DNA from: Torpedo marmorata
Taxonomy: Eukaryota
Direction of reading: 5' to 3'
DNA length: 64,000 bases
Assembly (NCBI GenBank): GCA_977017645.1
Contig: OZ360230.1
Location: 35,340,001-35,404,000 of the forward strand
The position numbers and the translations under genes were made by a program. Below, piece by piece: positions 1 to 12,417 of this stretch (positions are counted from its first letter, which is position 1; every line of letters starts with the position of its first letter). The notes beneath the pieces were generated by a model, which was not told the origin of the DNA, made no database searches, and saw nothing but the letters and a program-made list of their open reading frames with translations.

Positions 1-3000
1 GGCACCTGTTCAAAATATGGCTTAATCATATTCACATGACAGACCTGTGTGTCTCGTCTGCGATGAGGTGTTTCTATGACATAAGTGACATCATTAATTT
101 TTGACCTAACTCTATAGGGTCCTGAAAATCTAGCCCTAAGAGGATTTGAATGGATGGGAAACAGAACTAATACATTCTCACCAGGTTTAAAAGTTCTCAT
201 CTTAGCCTTTCGATCATACCAAACCTTCATTCTCTGTTGAGTGGCCTTTAAATTCTCCTTTGCCATCTCACAAGCCCTATGCAACCGATCCTTACATTTG
301 AAAACATAATCTAACAGGTTTAAATGCGTATTACTATTAATCCACTGTTCTTTTAATAATCTTAAAGGACCTCTCACCTCATGTCCGAAAACTAACTCAA
401 TTGGACTAACACCAAGTGATTCTTGGACAGACTCCCTTGCTGCAAATAACAACAAATGAACCCCCTCATCCCAATCCTTTTCCTTCTCACAACAATAGGT
501 TCTAATCATGTTTTTCAAAGTCGAATGGAACCTCTCCAAGGCCCCTTGACTTTCTGGATTGTACGCAGGGGATACAATCTGTTTAACTCCCAGTCCATCA
601 ACCACTTGTTGGAAAACGCCTGACATGAAATTACTGCCCTGATCTGATTGAATTTCCCTTGGCAAACCTACCAAGGTGAAAACCTTTACCATAGCCTTTA
701 CAATTGACTTTTCTTTAATGTTTCTCAGAGGAATGGCCTCTGGAAATCTGGTGGCTGCACACATAATTGTTAACAAATACTCATTCCCCGCTTTGGTTTT
801 GGGCAATGGGCCAACACAGTCCACAATTACTCTCGAGAAAGGCTCACTGAAAGCAGGGATAAGTTGCAAGGGTGCCACCGGGGGACCCTGATTAGGTTTA
901 CCCACCACCTGACAAGTGTGACAGGCCCCGCAAAAGCTTACAACCTCCCTTCTCAAACTGGGCCAATAAAATTGTTTCATTATCTTCCTTATAGTTTTCT
1001 TCACCCCAAGGTGACCACCTAAGGGTGTGCTATGAGCCAAAGTTATTATTGCATCCCTATATACTTTAGGGATCACAACCTGCTGCACTACTGCCCATTC
1101 TTCATTGGCAGGAACATCACATGGTCTCCACTTTCTCATCAACACCCCATCTTTTTCATAATAACCCACTGGCACCTTTTTAATCTCCTCTTCAGAGAGA
1201 ACCTTATCCCTCACCTCAGCAAGATCAGGACCGTCCTTTTGCCTTGCTATTAGCTCCTGTCGGGATAGTGACAAATCTGTGCCTTTAGGTGTCTTATCAG
1301 TGGATGGGTGTAACACAGGAGATTGCTCAACCTTTTCCAGGTGTTCTTGATTATCAATGACTTTTTCTTTCACCAATTTATTTTCCACTGCCTTCTCTAC
1401 AGTGACATTTTTCTTAGACATGGCCCTGGTTATGGCACATGCCGGATAAATATCAGAATCTTTCTCTGACTTATCAATGACTGGCTTAGTTGTCATTCGC
1501 ACTGCAGGAACTACTTTACCCTTAGCCAAGTCATTGCCTAGCAACAGTGAGACTCCTTCTACTGGCAACTCTGATCTCACTCCTATTATAACAGGTCCTT
1601 CCACCAAGGCTGAGTCCAACACTATTTTGTGCAAAGGAATGGACTCAACATCACCCCCAATTCCTTTAATTAAATTCCTGTCACCGGTGTCAGTAGCTTC
1701 ACAAAATTCCAACACACTATCTAACACAAGTGATTGAGCAGCTCCAGTATCTCACAAGATTTTCACTGGAACTTGTTTTGATCCTGCCTTAACTGAAACA
1801 AAACCTCAGTCACAAAAGGTTTAAATACATCCCTAACTTTGTCAGTAAATTTATCTCCTTCCTGGGTGTTATGCCGCTTCTCACTCTGAATACAAGCATT
1901 AGGTGTTGCATCCTTTTCTCTCTTCTTTTTCAACACTGGACAGCTTGCTAGCATATGACCAGCCTTCTTACAGTAGTGGCAAATGGGACCGAAGGGTTTT
2001 CCTTTTTCCACTTTCCTTCATCCCTTTCCTTAACACCACTTCCAAATTTAATTTCCACTTGCTTGAGATTATCCACATTGACCTTTTGGAAAATTCTGCC
2101 TGACGTCCACTTAGGCTTGTGTGTTAAAGCATATTCATCTGCTAACTTAGCTGAATTTTGCCAAGTTTTCACCTCCTTTTCATCTAAGTATGCCTTAATA
2201 TCCTCAGGAACACACCTTTTTATCTCCTCGATTATTATCAATTCTGTCAATTGATTGTAATCAATGTTTACCGCCTTAGATGTGCACCACCGGTCAAAAC
2301 ACACAACCTTTTCATAGGCAAACTCTGTGTAAGATTGGGTTGCTGATCTTTTTAAATTTCTAAACTTCTGTCTATAAGCCTCTGGAACTAACTCATAAGC
2401 CTGGAGTATAGCGTTTTTCACCGTTTCATAATCAGCAGCTTGCTCCGTGGTAAGAGTACAATAAGCTTGCTGAGCTTTTCCTTTTATTACACTTTGTAAC
2501 ATAAGAGACCATTGGTCTTGTGGCCATTTTAATTTCAAGATTCAATTTATTGTCACAGCAATAAGACAGTGTCATATACCACGAAATTTCTTTTTGCCTG
2601 CTGCAAGGCAGACAGATTCGCCATCGGCAGAAATTGCCTAAGCGCCTCTAACATTCCTTACAGTCAGAGAAAGAGAAGCAAAAGAGAGTCCCCCCAGAGT
2701 TACCGAGTGTCCATAGATTCGCCTCCAGCGCTTCCGCAGCCACACAGAGTCCAGTCCAAACGATCCGCATCCTGAGCTCCGGATCCGAACCTCCAACACG
2801 GTCAGGTCGCCTCGGCACCTCCTCACATCCCGGTTCCGATACCTGGTACTCCTCCAGCCATTTCGAGCCAACCTCCAGCAGTCCGCATCCCGGCGTGAGT
2901 CCCCCGACAGCAGTCTCCAGCAGCCCACAGCCTCCGCGGGTTCCTCGCCTCGAGTTGCCAGCAGCCCGCCGCATGCACTGGTCCTTCAGCCTCAGAGCCC

Positions 3001-3957
3001 CTCACTGGTCCGCCGCTGTGCTCACCATCCCATGGGTCGTCTCCTCCGCTTCTCCTTCTCAGACGGGGGTGATCTTCCCTTCCACTGGTGCCCTGCTCCA
3101 GACCCCGCTTCCCCAGAGTCTGCAGCCCCTCGTGGCTGCTGCCGATTAATAGGCGCTGCCATCTTGGGCGCAGACCCCGCGGTCGCGGGATCTCAAATAA
3201 AACCACCGTCGCTCCTTTAACGGGCCATTCAAAGCCCCTGCGGAACCAACGGCAGTCGACTGGGCGGCTGGACCACGCGGGAGCGCTGTATTTCTGCTCC
3301 CTCGCTCCCCGCGGGTCCGCACCAGTGGCAGCGCTGCCGCTACAGCGGCTCCGGCAGCGCATCCACCTTCTCAAAATGCTGGAAGTACTTATTTATTTCT
3401 GCCTCCTCAAATGGAGGAACCAACCTAACTTCTCTACTGGCCAAAAACCCCTCAACAGGATGACGAATTTGATCTTTGTGCTCTTGTTTCCTCTCATATT
3501 CCAACTTTATATTTTTCAGCTCATATATCCTATTTTTCTCCTTGTTCTCTGAGTCTAATCTCTTTTGTTCCCTGGCTACCTCCAATTCTAATTTCCTTTG
3601 TTCCAATTCCCTGTTCTTTTGTTCGAATTCCCTGTCTAATTTCTTTTGTTCCAATTCCCTGTCTAATTTCTTTTGTTCCAATTCCCTGTCTAATTTCTTT
3701 TGTTCCATTTCCAATTTCTTTATTTCCAACTGTATGTTTTCAGAAGGTTTACCCTTGGGAAACTGCTCTAACACGCTCTCCTCAAACTTTTTTTCTTTTA
3801 TATAGTATTTGATAATTTTTCTCCCAATCTCTGCCTTTTTCATTGATGGTTTTACTGAAGAAATGACCAACTCTGTTGCTATAGCGACTAACTGTTCCTT
3901 TTTTGCCTTTTTTAAAGTATCAGGTTCAGGTGATTCCAAAAAATTTTCTACATCCAT
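1..3957 (-). pseudogene. Disrupted gag-protease-integrase of Gmr1-like copy A
   Basis: ORF pieces 3340-3981, 1948-2538 and 1763-2011 match the 36409-39993 protein (SCAN-like YELVPEAYRQKFR, zinc knuckle CHYCKKAGHMLASC). Frameshifts near 1990 and 1805, a TGA in the protease LRDTG motif (~1755) and an insertion at 2538-3362. Confidence 0.9.
2538..3362 (-). mobile_element. GC-rich non-autonomous retroposon (full-length copy) inserted in gag
   Basis: Interrupts gag between FEKV and KLKW relative to copy B. Has a Rex1/Babar-like 3' end (GACAATAAATTGAATCTT on minus). Homologous copies at 60950-61750, 62575-62878 and 30722-31090. No TSD. Confidence 0.85.
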
Positions 3958-4068
3958 TGTTGCTGGTTTTTCATTACACACACACTAGCTTTTTAATTAT
4001 CTTTACAAAAGGAATGTCTTAAACCAGACAGGGATTCCTTCAATTACCAAGATGGATTTTTAATTCAA

Positions 4069-4087
4069 ATCCAAGGACGAGCCCCCA
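4069..4087 (-). promoter_or_regulatory. Primer-binding site, tRNA-Pro type
   Basis: TGGGGGCTCGTCCTTGGAT just inside the LTR; compare the MLV tRNA-Pro PBS TGGGGGCTCGTCCGGGAT. Confidence 0.85.
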
Positions 4088-4091
4088 ATTT

Positions 4092-5043
4092 TGTTACAAA
4101 TTCAAACCAGCAACGACAGAAGACGCAATGCAAAAAGGGTAAAATTGAAATTTTACATTTATTAAAGACAATTAAACATATAATATCACAACAATTAACC
4201 CCACTATAAACGTCTATAAACACTATTCTTATCTAAAAGGTGTGTGTGTGTGTGTGTGTAAAGCCCAGACCATTACAGTTTGTGCCCAATCCTCATGTAA
4301 AAATAGAAAAACTTTCCCCCCAAAAACCTCAGGTCAGTCATAAAAAAACAAGTCAGTCCCAAAAATACAGTCCACAAAAATTCACTCTTTATGTTCAGGG
4401 TCCAAATTCAGCTCTGTGTGCTGGCAAGCAGGACTTCTTAATGAACGTTGGAGATAGACAATGACTGTTTATGCTTACGAAAACTTGGCTTGCTTTTCTT
4501 CTCTGATGACTTTCCCTTCTGGTGTTTTCACAAGGATTACGAATTCAGATCCGTTCTGGATTGAGGCGTATCCTTGGATCTCACAGTCTGTTCTTCACAA
4601 AAGCTGCTCTCAACTCAGGATTTTGCTGAATCATCAAGCGGCCTTGTATTTCTCCCAGCCTTTTCCCCTGGGATACACAAGCCTGGATTTTTCTGATTCA
4701 ATAGACTCCCTGCTATTCTCCAAACTTCTTCTCTGGGATGCACAAGCCTGGATCCTGCTGAGTTCTTCCACCTTTGCAACTCCAAAACTGCCACTGATTC
4801 AGTTTTCCACGACTGAACTTTATGTCTTCATGTGGAGAGCATTTACTCCAGCTCCCTTTTTCAAAAGTTCCACACCCAAGTATCTTTTCACAGTTTGTCT
4901 CCCCCTGGTTTCTCTCTCTGGTAAATACAAGAAGTCCTGGGCAAGTTAACTCTTTCAATACCAGGTCCCAGTGTATAGTCCAAAAGACTTCATCCTTCCT
5001 GCTTATTGTCCGCAGTCCAAATTGTCAGTCATGGTCCATAACA
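4092..5043 (-). repeat. 5' LTR of Gmr1-like copy A
   Basis: TGTTAC...ATAACA termini; both ends homologous to the LTR at 40346-41253. Confidence 0.9.
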
Positions 5044-5112
5044 GTTCCTTCAGAAAACACTTACTTTTACAATTTTAAACTTACGTATTTTTTACCTATT
5101 ATTTTATTCTAA

Positions 5113-5357
5113 TGGCACGGTTAGCATAGCAGTTAGTGCAACGTTGTTACAGCACCAGTGACCAGGGTTCGAATCCCACGCTGTCGTTGAGGAGTTTGTA
5201 CGTTCTCCCCGTGTCTGTGTGGGTTTTCTATGGATGTGCCGGTTTCCTCCCACCATTCAAAACATACTGGGGTTGTAATTCAATTGGGTGTAATTGGGCT
5301 CATGGCCCGAACGTGCCTGTTACCATGCCGTATGTCTAAATTTAAATTTAAATTTAA
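5113..5357 (+). mobile_element. V-SINE (HE1-like, tRNA-derived)
   Basis: B box GGTTCGAATCC, V-domain GGAGTTTGTACGTTCTCCCCGTGTCTG...GGTTTCCTCCCAC, CR1-like tail ending in (TAAATT)n. Confidence 0.85.
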
Positions 5358-5474
5358 AAAAATTAAAACAATTTAAAAAAATTATTTTCCTTGATTTTTT
5401 TGCCTGTTGCTTGACGCTGTCAGTTGCTTGAATTCCGGATACCAGAGGTTTTACTGCATTAGGAAGATTTATCT

Positions 5475-7515
5475 TCTGTTTTTTTTGTTTTTTTTTAAAT
5501 ATTTTATTTAAATTTTTAAATCACAAAATACATAAAATAAAATGCATATATTTATAAATATATGTGATATACATTTTCTCCCCCCTTCCCACCCTCCCCT
5601 CCCTAACCCCTATAATCCCCACTACTCTAAAAAAATATATATAATAAAAGAGAAAAAGAAAAAGAAAAAAGAAAGATAGAAAAATAGAGTGAGGAGACAA
5701 CAAACTTCAAACTAATTCTACCATAGAGGTTATTTTCGCCAGTGGATCCGATATCTAGAGAATTTAAATTGTTAAACCCATAATTCTCATATATGGGCCC
5801 CAAATTTTCAAGAAAAAATGATATTTATTTCGCAAATTGTAAGTAATTTTTTCTAATGGTATACATGAACGTAACTCTGCATGCCATCGTTCTAAATTTA
5901 AATCCACATCCGACTTCCAAGTAATAGCTATACACTTTTTCGAAACTGCTAATACTATACGTAAAAATTCTACTTGGTACATATTTAATCTATTTCTAAT
6001 ACTAATTTTTTTAATATCTCCAAATAAAAATAACATAGGATCCATTGTAAACCCAACTTTAAAAATTCTCTCTAAAAAATTCTTAACTTTCAACCAAAAA
6101 TCTTGAATTTTTGAACATAACCATGTACAATGAACATAAGAACCTATTTCACTTTTACATCTAAAACACATATCTGATAACGCTGGATTAAATTTCTTCA
6201 ATTTTTTAGGTGTTAAACATAATTGATGAAAAAAATTATATTGTACTAATCTATATCTAACATTAATAACTTTAGTCATACTTAATTTACATAAGTCTTT
6301 CCAATGATTTTCATCTATATTAACATTTAAGTCTAGTTCCCATTTTAATCTAGATTTATGTAACCCTACTTTAGACATCTTTCTCTGAAATAATTTGTAC
6401 ATTTGTGATATAAACTTATTAATATTAACTTTAGTAATTAACAATTCCTATTCATTTTGTCTTGGTGCTACTAATTCATTCCCTAATATCTCAATCAAAA
6501 ATGCTTTAACTTGAAAATAAACTAATATTGTATTATCTAATATATTAAATTTTTCTTTTAACCTTTGAAAAGTAACAAATCTACCAGCTTCAAAACAATC
6601 TTTTAAAGTCTTAATTCCCTTTTGAAACCATAATTTAAGTAACTGATTGTCAATAGAAAATGGTATAAGCAGATTTTGGTATATTAGTGTATTTAAAGAA
6701 ATTGATCCTTTCCGACCTATCTCTTTATCTACCTGTGACCAAATTTCCAACAAATGTTTAATAATTGGTGAATTTTTCTTTTTAGCTAATAACAATTTAG
6801 AATTCCACTTATAAATAATCTCTTCTTTATGTATTTCTCCTATATTATTCAATTCTATATTAATCCAAGCAGAAGATTTAGTTAAATCAAAAAATTCATT
6901 AATAAATTTTAATTGAGCTACTTTGTAATAATACTGAAAATTAGGAAGTTGCAATCCTCCCATCTCATAATTCCATGTTAATTTATCTATACTTACTCTT
7001 GCCAACTTTCCTTTCCATAAAAATTTCCTAATAACAAATTTTAAATCCTTAAAAAATTTATTTGGGATTCCAAAAGGAATCGATTGAAAAAGATATTGAA
7101 TTCTTGGAAAAACATTCATTTTAATACAGTTTACTCTTCCCATCAAAGTTATAGGTAAGTCTTTCCAAAGTTCTAAGTCTTTTTTTATTTTCATAAATAA
7201 AGGTATATAGTTTAATTTATACAAATTTTCCAGCTTTGTATCCACTTTAACTCCCAAATATTTAATACTTTCTTTAGCCCATTTAAACTCCGTAACCTCT
7301 CTACATCTAGTATAATCCCCTTGGGATAAAGCCAATATCTCACTTTTATCTGAATTAATTTTATATCCAGATATCTCACCATATTCTATCAATATAATAG
7401 CCAATTGCTGAAGTGATGTGACAGATTTTGTCATATATATTAATACATCATCTGCAAACAAGCTAATCTTATGTTCTTCCCTACCAACTTTTATACCCAT
7501 TATATTTATATTTTC
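5475..7515 (-). mobile_element. 5'-truncated L1-clade LINE (same family as 17120-22967)
   Basis: ORF2 C-terminal half (FADD, CCHC) in ORFs 6448-7500 and 5764-6444, split by one in-frame stop. Poly(T) at ~5479. Probable TSD GATTTATCT at 5466-5474 and 7516-7524. Confidence 0.93.
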
Positions 7516-8400
7516 GATTTATCTGGAAATGAAGAAATGCACCAATTCTATGTCGACAGCCAGTCTAAATGGGGGACAGTGGTGATTGAAGAGGTGTAGA
7601 TTTTATAAGAAGATAGGATTGTTACATGGGAGCCCACTCAATGGATATGAAGGGGAAAAGGTACAGCTGTTTTTAACTATTGGGACTTATTGCAACATTT
7701 AAAATTTGACTTAACTGGTGCAATATACATTATTACCTAGAAACCATTATTTCAAATGAAACTGCATTCAATAAGGCAATCAAATTCCAGAATACATCTG
7801 AAGGAAATCCAAGTGTCTAAGTATTAGTCGTGGAGGATCATGCTTGAAATCCTCCTGAGGCCCCTTGTTGGGAGCTGAGCTTTCTTCAGCATGTTCACAC
7901 AATGTAAAAAATAGTTTCAGAACTCCAGCTGCTAAATTTAAAAGCTAAAATCTAAATGTCAAAAATCAATATCAATGTGCAATGAAACCATTGAGTTGCA
8001 AGGCAGGCAAAATGCCCAACTCCATGCTGTCTGCTCAATTTAATAATTACACAGTGTTGCCAACATAAATTGCACTGATGGTTAGTTGCTTGCATCATCA
8101 AAAGGCCAAGATTAAGAGGCTAGCACCAGTTAAAGAGAATCCACCAGCTCTTAAATGGGTAATGCATTGTGGCTAGAACATTGTGTGGGAAGTCAAACTT
8201 ATTTTGGACAGTGAAGTATGATATAACATGAGAAAGAGAGTGCTCTGTGGTTTACAAATACTGCACAGGAGGTGTTGTTTAGGATTCATTTTAAATAGCA
8301 TATGTGTAGGATGAGAATGTCTTTAAAATACCGTAAAAATTGCAAAAGAAGTAGATAGCCATGCAGGTCAATCCAAGGAAAACACCAATATCCTTTTGTT

Positions 8401-8945
8401 GAATTGAAATAGTTGGCCACTGGGAGATCCCTGCCATTGATGCGGACAGAGGGAAGGTGCTCAGCGAAGCGATCTCCCAGTTTGTGTCCAGTCTCCCCAA
8501 TGTAGAGAAGGCCACTTCAATTCTGCGCCCCACTCCCACGCCAAATTGTCAGTCAATGGCCTCATGCATTGCCAAAACAAGGCTACCCGTAAATTGGAGG
8601 AGCAACACCTAATATTCCGTCTTGGCGCTCTCCAACTGGATGACATTATCATCGACATCTCCAGTTTCTGTTCAACCACTTCCTGTTCTCTCCTATCCCT
8701 CTGTCTCCTTTCCTCCAGCTCTCCACCACCTACCCTCTCCATTCACAGAGCTATCCCCCATCCCCTTGTTTAATTCTCTGCCCTCCCTCCCTTATCCTCC
8801 AATTACCTCCTGCCTGTGGATCTGTGCTCCTCCCCCACCACCAATTTGTTTGGGCGTCTGCCGACATTTTGCTCACACCTTTTGAAGGGCTCAAGCCCAA
8901 AATGTTGGTTATGTCACTTTATCCTTGCTTAATGCTCTGACTTGC
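8401..8945 (+). mobile_element. Penelope-like element 3' fragment with an inverted 5' piece (8401-8515)
   Basis: ATRKLEEQHLIFRLGALQLDDIIID resembles the GIY-YIG C-terminus of Penelope-like elements; homologous to 45308-45900. Confidence 0.75.
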
Positions 8946-9379
8946 TTCCCCAGCATTCATTGCAACTTAAAATAAGCTCTTAAACAATGAGTATGGAACA
9001 ATAAAAATATTACCATCTGGACAGGTTTCCCAGAAAATTCAATTCCTGTCAGTAGGCAATGATTTGCATGACATTTTTTTTCAGATTCTATGTTCTTAAA
9101 GTATCCAGTCCAACGGAATATTGCTCAGACACAAATCCTTTGATAGCAGATACACAAGATGTGCTGTGACGGTAAATGTATTTATTGGCATTTCATAGTA
9201 GTTAACGATTTAAACATTTGTAATATTCAGGTGTTGTATACAATAGCAAGGATTTCCATTACTGTATATAAATCAATGATTTAGAAAGTGCATTTAAAAG
9301 TATTAACATTAGAATCAATATACTTGCAGTCAAGATGGTTCTGCAAAATATAGGACTTAGGCTCACTAAGTGTTGTGCA

Positions 9380-10600
9380 GGTCGAATTTTTACACCGAGG
9401 GTGGTAGGTGCCAGGAGCTGCCTGCCAGGGGTTGTGGTAAAACAGATACAATAGTAGCATTTAAAAGGCTTTTAGCCAGAGACATGAACATGCAGGAAAT
9501 GGGGTGGGGGACAGGGGGGGGGGGGTATGGATCATGAGCAGGTAGAAGAGTTTTAGTTGAATTTGGCGATTAAGAATGATTGGGAATGTGATTTAAATAT
9601 AAAATTTTCAGATGAAGACTGGTATCATACTCTTAGCTTGATTAACACCTCTTCTTTCTGTGCAAGACATAGTTTATTACAATTTAAGGTGGTACATAGA
9701 ATCCATATTTCTAAACTTAAATTATCTCGTTTTTTATACAGATATTGATCCACTATGTGAGAAGTGTAAATTTTTTGAAGCCTCCCTTATTCATATGTAT
9801 TGGGAATGCCTAAATTTAGAGAGATTTTGGAAAGATATTTTTCAAACTTTATCGACGATTTTTAAGATTAAAATAGAACCATTTCCGTTATTGCTTTGTT
9901 TGGTTTTTCACGTGAAACAAATATACCTCTGTCAGCATCTCAGGAGAAAGTTCTAGCCTTTTCTACGTTGATAGCCAGACGAGCAATTTTATTGAAATGG
10001 AAAGACGATTCATCACCGATACATAGTCAGTGGTTACAGGATGTAATGTCTTATCTGAGCTTGGAGAAAATTAGATATCATATTAAAGATAGAAAGTTTC
10101 AATTTCTAAAGATATGGGGCCCATTTATAGAATACTATCATGATTGGAATAATTAGTAAACGTGAATGTTCCGAGGATTCTCTGTCCGAGGTCTGGAGAT
10201 CGCTATCTGATCCATTTTCTATTTTATCTTTGTTATAAAGGTAACCTTTTATAGAGGGAGGGGTTAGATTAGAATTAGCTTTTAGAATTAATTTTTTGGG
10301 GATTTTTTTTATTTTACATTTTAGTTAATAATTTGGAATATGAGTTTTAACATGAATTTATAACATATTCATAACTTGTTCTATATTTAAACTTGGGAAC
10401 TGGTTAATGTAGTTTCATTTGCTTGTTTTTCCTTTGAATTTGTATGATTATATGGTTTTTTTTCTTGTATATTTGTTATTATGTTAAACTCAATAAAAAT
10501 ATTTTAAAAAGAAAGGAAAGTATTTGGCATCATGTTCGGCATTGACATTATGGGCCGAAGAGCCTGTTCTAGTGCTGTGCTGTACTGTTATATGTTCTAT
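9380..10600 (+). mobile_element. CR1-type LINE 3' end, interrupted by an L1 fragment
   Basis: TTTTACACCGAGGGTGGTAGGTGCC...GGGCCGAAGAGCCTGTT...GTGCTGT...(TCTATG) CR1/HER1-like tail. Confidence 0.7.
9568..10521 (+). mobile_element. L1-clade LINE 3' fragment (different family)
   Basis: ORF2 C-terminus (LLQFKVVHR, CEKC...HMYWEC, LEKIRY...FLKIWGPF), AATAAA plus A-rich tail; ATTTGGC repeated on both flanks. Confidence 0.85.
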
Positions 10601-12417
10601 GATTGCTAAGTAGCAGATGCTCATTATGCAACATGCTCAATCTTCCTTTAAAAAACTATCTTTACAAATCTACTATATGTATGTTTTAATTAGTGTATAA
10701 TGCGTTGAGGGAAGAGACGAGCTGAATTAAACTTTAACCTTGCACTGGTATCTGGAGATTTCAACCTGGGTATTTAGACAAAGAAATCTTTAAATATAGA
10801 AGCATACTCACAGAGCATTGGCATGTTACCTCCTAATCTCCCAAGAATCATAGGAAAAGGAGTTAAGAAGTGCCATATACAGTAGTCCTGAGATGAAGGG
10901 AAAGAAGCCAGTCAGATTATTACAAAAGCAGATCTTCTTTTACAAAGGAGATTTAAGTTGGAAACAGGGAATTTATTGACCAAATCCAGGAACGATATTT
11001 TTCTTCAGACAACCAACATTGTCGATTTACATTTATAATCCTTAAAGTTTCTAAATAATTGCCAATGGTCAGGAATTTCATCTCCATCCATTGAAGATGG
11101 TCTTCAAACCTCCGAATTACAAGACTGGAGAGCAAAATGCCATTTAGAGGTGAATTGGTGAACCAGAGCTCCATTTAACATGCTGTGATGCAGGATGCAG
11201 TTATAGAACTGATCGGAGGTGGTGAAATTGCCGGGGTCAGAAGGCATGAATCTTCAGGAGGTCTGGAAATGGGAGAAGCCTTGTCATTCCTTCTGGCTCC
11301 AGATATGGGTTAGAAGTTTTAAAAGGATCTTACTCTTTGGGGGAGTCTTCATTAGCCATTATAAGTGCACTGCTTAGAAGTGCTCATTACAAACATAGCT
11401 GGCTTGGCACGGAATCATTTCAATGCAGACCAGTTTTAGGAAGAGGTCCGAAAATAGTCATTAAGCTTGTTAATGATGCATGGTCCTAATTGCCATTTTA
11501 GCAATCCATTTGGAAAGCTTGAAAAATCACCCAAATAGTGTGAACTTTAACATATACTGGCCATCTATGGGGTATGAAACAGAGCCTTGGGTAACAATTT
11601 TGATGCCACGAAATTACACGACTGTGTGTGCATTGGCTTTTAACAATCAATATTTGACTTCAGTTAAACTCATTCACCCCATTCCACTCCATCCCAATGC
11701 CACATCCATCATCAGGGTCTGCTGATCTTCTAATAGCTCTGGAATTATCTCATTCAGAACCGATGCAGAGTGGACTATTATCTGTACAACATGCCTATTA
11801 AAGCTGATGCACACCCGTTTCTAAATGTTAACATCATATAGCTGACATTCATTTTTGTGGATTTTTTAAAAAAACTTTCCTCTTTTGTAGGTACATTATA
11901 ACACTGTAATATGCAATGCAATCAGTATGAAGTTTTGGATGTAAACCAGGCATGATCAATTCAGTGTTTAATATCTACTATTTACCTCCCAATTGGTTTA
12001 TTTCTCCAAGAATTCCAATAGATTCATAGAACACAACCTACTTTTCTCAATTCACTTGTGTATAAATATTCACCTAATGCTCCTGACTCACCCCTTAATA
12101 AAGAATCCAACACCTGCCCACTAAAGATATCAAGTTGTCAGGACTGTAATTTCCTGGACAATGGTTTATTCTATTTTTCAGTCATATTTGGTATGCTTGA
12201 GCATTAGTACATGAGGGAGACAAAATATCTCTAACCTTTACTTCTGTTAGGCATTCTCATTTATTAATACTGCTGCTGGAGTGATCCACCATGGCAAACA
12301 TTTTGTGGTAAACTATTTTATAGAATTTAATCCTTATTTTGATTCTTCTGCTGCCCACTTTGAGGGCTTTTGATTTTATTTTGTTTTCCCAACTCTTTTA
12401 GTTTTTTTTTACCTTTA

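Larger units (their letters stand above)
1..5043 (-). mobile_element. Gmr1-like Gypsy LTR retrotransposon, copy A (3' part lies outside the window)
   Basis: Colinear with the element at 35369-41253 (position 1 corresponds to ~37178). Order on the minus strand: LTR, tRNA-Pro PBS, gag, protease, integrase. Confidence 0.93.

Noticed and set aside
2569-3552. Several overlapping 60-180 aa ORFs on both strands
   Set aside because: They arise from the GC-rich retroposon, have no recognisable domains, and are not preserved in the copy at 60950-61750.
5113-5185. tRNA-like sequence (also at 15165, 31920, 43441, 48313, 49039)
   Set aside because: These are SINE heads followed by the V-domain and a LINE-like tail, not tRNA genes.
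7735-7935. Possible minus-strand exon (49 open codons, AG|GTAATA donor)
   Set aside because: A stop precedes the donor, the peptide is unrecognisable and no partner exons are evident.
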